From positions 1 to 37,912 of IMG/VR virus record IMGVR_UViG_3300022746_000010: 37,912 bases of DNA; one strand, 5' to 3'. Shown here in pieces: positions 8,394 through 15,414 of the stretch; the first letter of the stretch is position 1, and each line of letters starts with the position of its first letter. The stretch comes from a virus. The notes below the pieces were generated by a model. That model saw nothing but the letters and a program-made list of their open reading frames with translations, made no database searches and was not told where the DNA came from. The translations under genes and the position numbers were made by a program.

Positions 8394-8619
8394 GAATAAC
8401 CCCTTGAATGAAGCCGTGTTCGTCCGGCGCAAATTGAATTTCAGGATGATCGCAGCGGCGCTGGGCCATCATGCGGTTTTTGTACTCGGGCGTGCAGTCT
8501 GTGCAGTGCCCTACGTCGAAGCAGCCGCCGGTATGCTTTGCGGCCTGCATCCAGATCGCGAAGTGCTTGTGCGTGGGAAAGCAGCGCGGTTTGGTTTGTG
8601 GGATGAAGTCTTCGGTCAT
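8353..8619 (-). CDS. Cys/His-rich hypothetical protein (88 aa), possible metal-binding
   Basis: ATG at 8619 (GGGGTG plus 4 nt, ATGA overlap). Sequence: MTEDFIPQTKPRCFPTHKHF...GGCFDVGHCTDCTPEYKNRMMAQRRCDHPE. Confidence 0.55.
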   Translation of the reverse strand: MTEDFIPQTKPRCFPTHKHFAIWMQAAKHTGGCFDVGHCTDCTPEYKNRMMAQRRCDHPEIQFAPDEHGFIQGVIHGQANTAPNASRL

Positions 8620-9038
8620 GCCGCACCCCGTGCAGGACGCACAGCCACGACCATGCGGTAGTTGCCCATCGCCAGCGGCTGCTTGGGTTCTGTCTCGATG
8701 GTCAGCACCACGCCTTCGCGCTTGGCTTGCTGCACCAGTTCCAGGGCCTTGGTGTAGATCACGTTCGACGCAGCCTGGTCGCCGACCACCTTGCCCCATG
8801 CTTTGTCGGCCTCGCCGCGCAGCTGGTCGATGAACGCTTCGAGTTCGTCACGGCTTTGAAAGTAGTTGGCGTAAATGTCACTGCCGACGCCCAGGCCGAC
8901 CACGGGTGGGTTGACTGCCAGCAGCTTTGCCGAACCCAGGCCGCCGATCCAGTCATGCACCCAGGTTTCAACACCATCGCCACCGCGACGGATGCGTGCC
9001 AGTTCGCGCTCTGAATAGGCTTTTTGTTCTGGTGTCAT
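8616..9038 (-). CDS. Hypothetical protein (140 aa)
   Basis: GGGGGTG-CAGC-ATG start with ATGA overlap. The product ends RGAA. Confidence 0.65.
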   Translation of the reverse strand: MTPEQKAYSERELARIRRGGDGVETWVHDWIGGLGSAKLLAVNPPVVGLGVGSDIYANYFQSRDELEAFIDQLRGEADKAWGKVVGDQAASNVIYTKALELVQQAKREGVVLTIETEPKQPLAMGNYRMVVAVRPARGAA

Positions 9039-9211
9039 GCTGCACCCCCAGGCAGTAATGTGCGTTCTTCCATCACCGCGTCGGCGATGCGTCGTGCAGC
9101 TGCTGCGATCTCAGGCGCCAGGTTCAGCGCAACGGCCAGACCTTCGGATTTGACGACCGCTTCGGCGATGCCGGTCAGTGCGGCTGACAGGAATGTGTCG
9201 CGCTCGTTCAT
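9035..9211 (-). CDS. Hypothetical protein (58 aa)
   Basis: ATG at 9211 overlaps the upstream peptide stop (ATGA). The product ends GGAA. Confidence 0.5.
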   Translation of the reverse strand: MNERDTFLSAALTGIAEAVVKSEGLAVALNLAPEIAAAARRIADAVMEERTLLPGGAA

Positions 9212-9315
9212 GCTGCCACCCGCCACACGTTGATGTCCAAGGCCACGACCACCAGTGCAACGACGGCCAGCACGTAGATCAACTTGTTCACTTCGAAAAT
9301 GTTGTCGGATTTCAT
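9208..9315 (-). CDS. Small single-pass membrane peptide (35 aa)
   Basis: Hand-translated: MKSDNIFEVNKLIYVLAVVALVVVALDINVWRVAA. TAGGGGA plus 4 nt precedes the ATG. Confidence 0.4.
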   Translation of the reverse strand: MKSDNIFEVNKLIYVLAVVALVVVALDINVWRVAA

Positions 9316-9327
9316 AAATTCCCCTAG

Positions 9328-9540
9328 TTAGAACGGCAGTGCGCCGTATTTGCGTTGTGCTGCCTGACGAACTGCGCGGTAAAACACATCCACAGGGGTG
9401 TAGTTGTCAAAGTCACGACCGGATGCCCAGTCAGAGCCAAGAATGTCGCTCATGTAACGGTCTTTGCAGGCGATCGCTTCGTCGTCGTCGTTGAAATCAA
9501 ATCGGCTTTGGATTTGTTCTGCTGCTTGGTATGCGTTCAT
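9328..9540 (-). CDS. Hypothetical acidic protein (70 aa)
   Basis: ATG at 9540 with AAGGGGA upstream. Confidence 0.55.
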   Translation of the reverse strand: MNAYQAAEQIQSRFDFNDDDEAIACKDRYMSDILGSDWASGRDFDNYTPVDVFYRAVRQAAQRKYGALPF

Positions 9541-9652
9541 TTCGTTTCCCCTTGCTAGTTGCTGCACGTCGTTGTGCAGTGCCTCTATTCTGCTGCAATA
9601 TTTGCAGGGTTTGAAAAATTCTTTTGCGGTGCGTTGTATTCACGCAACAAAC

Positions 9653-9997
9653 TCACTTGCTGAGTATTTCGACGGCTTCGTCTGGGCTGCGTGCGATGCC
9701 AGCAAAACCACCGGCGCGCAGCACGGTGGTGATGAAGTGCAGCTGGTCTGCTGTTGGCTTGCCGGTCGGTGTCTTCACCTCGACGGCAGTGAACACGGCG
9801 ACCTTGCGGCCCACCATGTCTGGCGTGATCTCGACTGACTTGAAGCCGATCAGGTCGCTGCCGCCAGGATTGCAAACGCCGTATCGGATCAGGCGACCGT
9901 CGGGCGTGTGCGTAGCCCCGACCTGGTTGCGAAACATCACAGCGCCTGCGTCAGACAGTGCCAGCCGGATGTGCTGCTGGATGGCGCCTTCTTTCAT
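9653..9997 (-). CDS. VRR-NUC domain nuclease
   Basis: 114 aa. Shows the GGSDLIGF ... AVEVKTPTGKPTADQLHF pattern typical of VRR-NUC (PD-(D/E)XK) nucleases. Confidence 0.8.
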   Translation of the reverse strand: MKEGAIQQHIRLALSDAGAVMFRNQVGATHTPDGRLIRYGVCNPGGSDLIGFKSVEITPDMVGRKVAVFTAVEVKTPTGKPTADQLHFITTVLRAGGFAGIARSPDEAVEILSK

Positions 9998-10440
9998 CGC
10001 TCGATGCCTTCCAGACGGTCGGCGATCAGCTTGGCATATCCAGCGATGTCGACCCAGCTGTCGGCGTAGTCTGGGTCGCCGTTGATGATGCGGCCCAGCT
10101 TATGCGCGATCATCTCCAAGGCTTCTTTTTGGTCGGCTGCCAGGCGATGCCACCGTTCACCCATGTGGCCACGAATGACGTTTTTCAGTTCTTGGGTGAC
10201 GTCCGCGTGGTCGATGAACTTGCCGTATCGTTCGCCGCGCTCGTTCAGCACCTTGGTGATGTCTGCAGGATTCGCGCCCTCTGGCACTTGCACGATCTCG
10301 CCAGGCTTGACGAACTTGTAAGTCGTCTGATCCGTCCAGTGTGGTCGATGGTCCTTGGATTTCATGCACTGCACGCATGTTGTCTTTGCATGCACTACGT
10401 TGCCGAAGTTGGCGCACGTTCCACAATGTTGTTCATTCAT
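9994..10440 (-). CDS. Zinc-ribbon plus helical domain resembling DUF6378 / dGTP-diphosphohydrolase N-domain-like phage proteins
   Basis: ATG at 10440 (AAGGGGA plus 4 nt). N-terminal CGTC...CVQC. C-terminal RGERYGKF...EMIAHKLGRIINGDPDYADSWVDIAGYAKL. Confidence 0.55.
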   Translation of the reverse strand: MNEQHCGTCANFGNVVHAKTTCVQCMKSKDHRPHWTDQTTYKFVKPGEIVQVPEGANPADITKVLNERGERYGKFIDHADVTQELKNVIRGHMGERWHRLAADQKEALEMIAHKLGRIINGDPDYADSWVDIAGYAKLIADRLEGIER

Positions 10441-10530
10441 AAATTCCCCTTGTTTGTGTTGGTGGGGTACTCGCTGCACCGACGGGCCAAGGCCCAGGAC
10501 AGGGACGGCATCCGCTTTCCCCCGAAATCA

Positions 10531-10875
10531 TCAGAACGGAATATCGTCGTCGCCGTATTGCTGCTGCGGTGCTGGCGCCTGGCGTGGTGCGGCTGGACGC
10601 TGCGCAGGCGCCGCCTGGCGTGGTGCAGCTGCAGGCGCCTGGCCGTTCTTGTCCTTGGGTTCGAACATGGACAACAGGATGCTTTCGCTGGTGGCGCCCT
10701 TGCCGGACAGGTCGGGCACACCGGCTGGGTTGAACCACTTCGCCAGCATGATGAATTTGCCGCCGTCGTTGTTTTGCATCACGGCGCCGACGTTCTGCCA
10801 GCGGCCCTTTTGTTGCCCTTGTCCGTCTGTGTATTCGCCGGTTTTGACCGCCAGGTCATAAAGTTTTGTAGCCAA
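10531..10875 (-). CDS. ssb: Atypical short single-stranded-DNA-binding-like protein with canonical SSB C-terminal tip
   Basis: TTG start at 10875 after AAGGGGA. 114 aa with a Pro/Ala/Gln-rich linker, ending DDDIPF. Confidence 0.6.
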   Translation of the reverse strand: MATKLYDLAVKTGEYTDGQGQQKGRWQNVGAVMQNNDGGKFIMLAKWFNPAGVPDLSGKGATSESILLSMFEPKDKNGQAPAAAPRQAAPAQRPAAPRQAPAPQQQYGDDDIPF

Positions 10876-11018
10876 TTTTTTTCCCCTTAAAGGTTGTTGA
10901 TGAATTGCCTGTCTTTCCAGGCTGTCCGTCACATCTCAAGGCCAGGAGAGAGTAAAACCCGTCACGTGACTGCTGCTGTTGTCCCGACCTGCAGCTGCGG
11001 GTGGCGTCGGCCCCTCAA

Positions 11019-11183
11019 TCATTGTCCTTTGTTTTTGTAAATCGCTCGCATTTTTGGCAGCAGTGTCGCCACGCTGCCTGGGTAGTTTTTCTTGATCCAC
11101 TCGGCTGTGCGTCGCACGTAGTCGGCTGTTTGATCTGGCCTGGCCAAGAACTTCAGCAGTGCGGCTTCGTCTTTGTGTTTCAT
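11019..11183 (-). CDS. Hypothetical protein (54 aa)
   Basis: Hand-translated: MKHKDEAALLKFLARPDQTADYVRRTAEWIKKNYPGSVATLLPKMRAIYKNKGQ. The ATG overlaps the helicase stop (GCAGCATGA). Confidence 0.45.
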   Translation of the reverse strand: MKHKDEAALLKFLARPDQTADYVRRTAEWIKKNYPGSVATLLPKMRAIYKNKGQ

Positions 11184-12556
11184 GCTGCCCTGCGTGATTG
11201 TCGTGATGCCCAGATATATTTTGCCCAGCCTGGCTTATAGCCGCGGCGTTTCGCCACCTCTTGCAGTTCTTCTAGCGTCTGCGCCTTGCCGATCTCGCGT
11301 TTTCGTTGGGCTTGGATCATAGCCGCATCAAGTTCTTGCAGTTCGCCTTCGACGTGTTTGACCTCGCGGGCCTTCACTTCGGGCACATGGCCACACTGCG
11401 GGCACACCGGCTGCGGCGTGAACACCGCGAAGCACTTTTCGCATTGCTTCACCGGCGGCACGTCGTCGTCTTTCTTGCGCTTGCCAGCATCGGGCAGTCC
11501 GTCCAGCGTCCAGTCGCGATCCTCTTGCGGCAGTCCGTGGCGCATGCAGTTGCCGACGTGGTCCAGGATGATCGCGCGGTCCTTGCCTGGTGCGGGTCGC
11601 AGCGCACGGCCCACCTGCTGGATGAACAGCCCCATCGACTGCGTGGGTCGCAGCAGGATGGCCGCAGCCACCACGGGAATGTCGGTACCTTCGGAAATAA
11701 TGTCGCAGCTGGTCAGAACGTGCAGGCGGCCATTGCCCAGGTCGTCGATGGCTTTTTTGCGTAGCGCGTCGTCCATGCTGCCGTCGATGGCCATCGCCGC
11801 ATAACCAGCCGCGCGAAATTGTTGTGCAACGTGTTGCGCGTGAACAACACTTACACAGAACGCGATGGCTGGCTGTCGGTCGCACAGTTTTCGGTAATGC
11901 TCTACAGCGCTGCCGGTGATGGTGGGTTTGTCCACGCGTTCGTTCAGCTGCTGCTTGTCATAGTCGCCCATTCGTCGGCGCACGCCGGTCATGTCCAGCT
12001 GCGTCGGTGGCGCGTACACCACCGGCTTGACCAGGTGGCCCATGTCGATCAGCTGCTGCACGGTCGGGCCTGTCACCATGCGGTCGAACACGTCGCGCAG
12101 CCCTTTGCCGTCGCTGCGCACTGGCGTGGCCGTGACGCCCAGCACCTTGGCCGCAGGGAATGCGTCGATGACCTTGCGCCAGCTGCCTGCGATGGCATGG
12201 TGCGCTTCATCCACGATGATCAGGTCGAAGTGAAACGGCTGTTTGTCCAGGCGCCGGATCAGCGTCTGCACGCTGGCCACCTGCACTGGGTCGCCGGTGG
12301 TGACGTGACCGGCGGCGATCAGGCCGTGCTTCACGCCCATCGCGGTCAGACTGCGGCTGGCCTGCATCAGCAGTTCTTGGCGGTGCACCAGGATCAGCAC
12401 GCGGTTGCCGCGCTCGACGGCTGACTGGCCAACGAACACGAATGTGAAGGTCTTGCCACCACCAGTTGGCAGCACAAACAGCGGCGCGCGGGCGCCCGAT
12501 GCGTATGCCTGGCGCAGTTCGGTGACTGCGTCGGCTTGATATGGGCGCAGGTTCAT
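11180..12556 (-). CDS. Superfamily 2 DEAD/DEAH-box helicase with C-terminal zinc ribbon
   Basis: ATG at 12556 (ATGA overlap), 458 aa. Motif I LPTGGGKT, motif II VDEAHH, motif VI QQVGRALR, and CEKC...CPQC. Confidence 0.9.
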   Translation of the reverse strand: MNLRPYQADAVTELRQAYASGARAPLFVLPTGGGKTFTFVFVGQSAVERGNRVLILVHRQELLMQASRSLTAMGVKHGLIAAGHVTTGDPVQVASVQTLIRRLDKQPFHFDLIIVDEAHHAIAGSWRKVIDAFPAAKVLGVTATPVRSDGKGLRDVFDRMVTGPTVQQLIDMGHLVKPVVYAPPTQLDMTGVRRRMGDYDKQQLNERVDKPTITGSAVEHYRKLCDRQPAIAFCVSVVHAQHVAQQFRAAGYAAMAIDGSMDDALRKKAIDDLGNGRLHVLTSCDIISEGTDIPVVAAAILLRPTQSMGLFIQQVGRALRPAPGKDRAIILDHVGNCMRHGLPQEDRDWTLDGLPDAGKRKKDDDVPPVKQCEKCFAVFTPQPVCPQCGHVPEVKAREVKHVEGELQELDAAMIQAQRKREIGKAQTLEELQEVAKRRGYKPGWAKYIWASRQSRRAA

Positions 12557-12753
12557 TTCAGCCCCAGCTGCCGTGACCGGTACAAGTAGTTTTTCTTCGT
12601 GGGCACGCGCTCGAGCATTCCCATCCGGTGCAGTCGGCCCAGCATGCCGTTGACGCTGCGCATGCCGACGCGCCTGCAAATATCGGATGGCTGTTCGAAC
12701 CTGGTGCTGCTGATTGCCGCCAGCAGTTTGCTGTCGGTCATGTTGCGGATCAT
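12553..12753 (-). CDS. Small winged-helix-like DNA-binding protein (66 aa)
   Basis: ATG at 12753 overlaps the stop of the leader peptide gene. Pattern: SDICRRVGMRSVNGMLGRLHRMGMLERV. Confidence 0.5.
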   Translation of the reverse strand: MIRNMTDSKLLAAISSTRFEQPSDICRRVGMRSVNGMLGRLHRMGMLERVPTKKNYLYRSRQLGLK

Positions 12754-12881
12754 GGAAGCGCTTCCCATCCGAACTTCACGACGTACCAGGCCAGGTGCGC
12801 GAAAAGCCCGAACGACGCCAAGCCCGCGACGACGTTCACCAGCACGAATGTGAACGTGATCAGAATATCTTTAATCTTCAC
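12750..12881 (-). CDS. Small membrane peptide (43 aa), first ORF of the early operon
   Basis: AAGGGGA-AATC-GTG start. Hand-translated: (M)KIKDILITFTFVLVNVVAGLASFGLFAHLAWYVVKFGWEALP. Confidence 0.4.
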   Translation of the reverse strand: MKIKDILITFTFVLVNVVAGLASFGLFAHLAWYVVKFGWEALP

Positions 12882-13023
12882 GATTTCCCCTTTTTATGAC
12901 CGCATATTCTATGGACAGCGCGTCGATTCACCTGTTGTATTTTCACCACTGTTGCGATCATCCAACAAACGAAATCGCATGTATTATTCGCGTCCTTGCT
13001 GATAACCAATGAAAGGGGATGAT
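12882..13023. promoter_or_regulatory. Divergent early control region
   Basis: AT-rich 140-bp spacer between the minus-strand early operon and the plus-strand exo operon. Direct repeats TTCACCTGTTG (12927-12937) and TTCACCACTGTTG (12942-12954). A TAGAAT -10 candidate lies on the minus strand. Confidence 0.45.
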
Positions 13024-13908
13024 GTGGCGAGAATACTAGAGAACTTAACCAATGCGGAATATCACGCCAGTGAAGGGATAAGTGCCAGCGGCCTGAAGCT
13101 GATCGGGCGCAGCCCGTTGCATTACTGGGCCGCGTACCTGGACCCGAAGCGCGAACCGCGCGTCGAAACGCCAGCCCTGAAGCTGGGCACGGCGATCCAC
13201 ACCGCTGTTCTGGAACCGATGCGGTTTGCTGACGAATACGTGGTGGTGCCAGACAGCGCGCCGCGCCGTCCGACGTCAGTTCAGCTGAACGCGAAAAAGC
13301 CCAGCGACGACACCGTGGCCGCCATCGAATGGTGGGCGAAGTTCGACGAAGACACGAAGGACAAAACGGTCATCAGCCGCGACGACCTGGCGACGTGCAT
13401 GTCGATCAGCGAACGCCTGCGCCAGCATCCGGCTGCCCAGGTGCTGTTTCGCGATGGCGTACCGGAACTGTCGATGTACTGGGAAGACGCCGAAACCGGT
13501 GTGGTGTGTAAATGCCGACCCGACTGGCTTATCCACAGCACGGCCATCGTTGACGTGAAGTCAACCCAGGACGCAAGCCCTGCGGGATTCGCACGCAGCG
13601 TTGCAAATTTCGAATATCACGTGCAGGCAGCCTGGTACCTTGATGGCGTGAAAGCCTGCACAAACGACCGTTCACCAAGCGCTTTCATTTTTGCGGCGTT
13701 CGAAAAAGACACACCGCACGCGGTAGCCTTTTACAACGCCGACCCCGACATGATCGAAATCGGTCGCCGCGAGTATCGACGACGCCTGCAGGTTTATGCG
13801 AACTGTTTGCAGTCCAATGTGTGGCCTGGCTATCCCGCTGCCATCACGAACCTGTCCCTTCCAGCTTGGGTGCTGAAGGCAGCCAACGACAACAACAACC
13901 AGGAATGA
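13024..13908 (+). CDS. PD-(D/E)XK exonuclease (DUF3799 / exodeoxyribonuclease VIII-like)
   Basis: I prefer GTG at 13024 because it is preceded by AAGGGGA plus 4 nt, the genome-wide SD spacing. The alternative is ATG at 13009. Motifs: NAEYHA, GTAIHTAVLEP, RPDWL...IVDVKST. Confidence 0.8.
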   Translation: MARILENLTNAEYHASEGISASGLKLIGRSPLHYWAAYLDPKREPRVETPALKLGTAIHTAVLEPMRFADEYVVVPDSAPRRPTSVQLNAKKPSDDTVAAIEWWAKFDEDTKDKTVISRDDLATCMSISERLRQHPAAQVLFRDGVPELSMYWEDAETGVVCKCRPDWLIHSTAIVDVKSTQDASPAGFARSVANFEYHVQAAWYLDGVKACTNDRSPSAFIFAAFEKDTPHAVAFYNADPDMIEIGRREYRRRLQVYANCLQSNVWPGYPAAITNLSLPAWVLKAANDNNNQE

Positions 13909-14873
13909 CCACCATGACCTTCGAAGTCCGCAAAGCGCAGCGCCAAGGCGCGCGCCTCTTGATCCAGCTGTCCGGCGTGTCCGGCAGCGGCAAAACCTAC
14001 ACAGCACTGCAGCTGGCCTATGGCCTGGCCAACCAGGACGCCAGCAAGGTGGTGATGATCGACACCGAAAACCGACGCGGTTCGCTCTACGCCAACGCGC
14101 TGCCAGGTGGTGCCCAGTTCAACATCATCGACTTTTATGCGCCGTTCAGCCCCGACCGCTACATCGAAGCCATCGACGCTGCGTGCAATGCTGGCGCCGA
14201 AGTGATCGTCATCGACAGCGTCACGCACGAATGGGAAAGCGAAGGCGGCTGTGAATGGATCGCCAACCAGACGCGGTTTCCCGACTGGAAGCGCGCCAAG
14301 GCGATGCACAAACGATTTATGACGCACATGCTGCAGTCACCGGCGCACATCATCGCCTGCACACGTGCGCGCGAGAAGGTCGATTTCAGCGACCCGAAAA
14401 ACCCGCGACCGCTGGGCATCCAACCGATCCAGGAAAAGAACTTTTCATTCGAAGCCACGGTGTCGCTGCTGATGCACAACCAGGGGTATGCCCAGGACGT
14501 GCTGAAGTGCCCAGCCGATCTGCAGACCGTTCTGGGTCGTGGCGAAGGGTACATCGGCGTCGACGAAGGCACCGCCCTGCGCCACTGGGTTGATGGCGCT
14601 GCGCCGGTCGACCAGAAGATCGAACACCATCGCGGCATGCTGCTGAACGCCACCGAAGGCGGCCTGCAGGCCCTGCAGGATGCGTGGCAGAACACACCGA
14701 ACCCAGTGCGCAAGAAGTTGGGCGCTGCGTTCTTGGAACAGCTGAAGGCCAGCGCGCGCGCCTATGACGACGCACGCCAGCCAGCAGCACCGGAAGTGCC
14801 CGCCGCAGTGGGTGCGTTGAACCAGGCTATCGAGAACGCTGCCAGTCAGCCGACAACTGATAACTGGGTCTAA
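13905..14873 (+). CDS. Sak4-like RecA-fold ATPase (AAA_24) with C-terminal extension
   Basis: ATG at 13905 (ATGA overlap); the alternative is 13914. Walker A GVSGSGKT and Walker B VIVIDS. Confidence 0.8.
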   Translation: MTTMTFEVRKAQRQGARLLIQLSGVSGSGKTYTALQLAYGLANQDASKVVMIDTENRRGSLYANALPGGAQFNIIDFYAPFSPDRYIEAIDAACNAGAEVIVIDSVTHEWESEGGCEWIANQTRFPDWKRAKAMHKRFMTHMLQSPAHIIACTRAREKVDFSDPKNPRPLGIQPIQEKNFSFEATVSLLMHNQGYAQDVLKCPADLQTVLGRGEGYIGVDEGTALRHWVDGAAPVDQKIEHHRGMLLNATEGGLQALQDAWQNTPNPVRKKLGAAFLEQLKASARAYDDARQPAAPEVPAAVGALNQAIENAASQPTTDNWV

Positions 14874-14886
14874 GGGAAGGACGACG

Positions 14887-15075
14887 ATGTCTGAATATCT
14901 CACACCAAACGAACTCGCCGCCCGCTACAAAGGCGCGATCACCGTGCGCACGCTGGCCAACTGGCGCAGCACCGGCCACGGCCCGCGCTTCACCAAAATC
15001 GGCGGGCGCGTCCTGTACCCAGTCGAAGCCGTCAACACTTGGGAGAAAAGCCGCACCAAGACTGATGCGGCGTGA
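14887..15075 (+). CDS. xis: Excisionase-type HTH_17 (AlpA/Xis-like) DNA-binding protein
   Basis: 62 aa. Pattern: LTPNELAARYKGAITVRTLANWRSTGHGPRFTKIGGRVLYPVEAVNTWE. AAGGGAAGGA lies upstream. Confidence 0.75.
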   Translation: MSEYLTPNELAARYKGAITVRTLANWRSTGHGPRFTKIGGRVLYPVEAVNTWEKSRTKTDAA

Positions 15076-15083
15076 TCTGCAGT

Positions 15084-15116
15084 GACCGGCTGGGTTCGCC
15101 TGGCCGGTCTTTTTTT
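15084..15116 (+). terminator. Intrinsic terminator after xis
   Basis: 11-bp stem GACCGGCTGG/CCTGGCCGGTC with a TTCG tetraloop, followed by 7 T. Confidence 0.85.
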
Positions 15117-15126
15117 GACTTTTTGC

Positions 15127-15150
15127 AAACCCTACCCTGAACCCTACCTA
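15127..15150 (+). repeat. Tandem 12-bp repeats (candidate integrase arm-type sites, one arm)
   Basis: AAACCCTACCCT followed by GAACCCTACCTA. Confidence 0.45.
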
Positions 15151-15199
15151 AACCGTTTTTCTCGTTTCTTGAAACCAGCCGTAAGTCCTTGATCTTGCT

Positions 15200-15252
15200 T
15201 GGTGAGCGCGCAGGGACTCGAACCCTGGACCTACTGATTAAAAGTCAACCCT
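15200..15252 (-). other. attP core: 3' portion of a tRNA-Lys(UUU) gene (not a complete tRNA)
   Basis: Minus strand reads GTTGA-CTTTTAA-TCAGT AGGTC CAGGG-TTCGAGT-CCCTG CGCGCTC A CCA. This covers the anticodon arm, variable loop, T arm, 3' acceptor strand and CCA. No D arm or 5' acceptor strand lies upstream. Confidence 0.7.
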
Positions 15253-15373
15253 GATGCCATCATCGCGCATCACGCTGGTTCCCAGAATATCCCATCAAGC
15301 CTTTGTAAACGCGTGATTTCCTATGAATTCCCACTGTAAGTGCCAGCGCCGGTTTGGGCTTTTGACTTCGGCT

Positions 15374-15397
15374 GAACCCTACCCTAAACCATACCCT
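15374..15397 (+). repeat. Tandem 12-bp repeats (candidate integrase arm-type sites, other arm)
   Basis: GAACCCTACCCT followed by AAACCATACCCT, in the same orientation as 15127-15150. Confidence 0.45.
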
Positions 15398-15414
15398 GGA
15401 AACAGGGGGTCGAC

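Noticed and set aside
11001-11240. 79-aa plus-strand ORF between the ssb-like and helicase genes
   Set aside because: It is antisense to a coupled 54-aa minus-strand ORF and the helicase 3' end, and has no SD. It would be the only plus-strand gene inside the minus-strand operon.
15200-15252. A complete tRNA-Lys gene
   Set aside because: Only the anticodon arm to CCA portion is present. The upstream sequence (ggcatcagg...) cannot form a D arm or a 5' acceptor strand complementary to CGCGCTC. I treat it as the attP core, not as an RNA gene.
15076-15414. Integration-dependent immunity (attP core inside a repressor gene, as in some mycobacteriophages)
   Set aside because: No ORF on either strand spans the 15200-15252 core. 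The Xis-like ORF ends at 15075 and is followed by a strong terminator.
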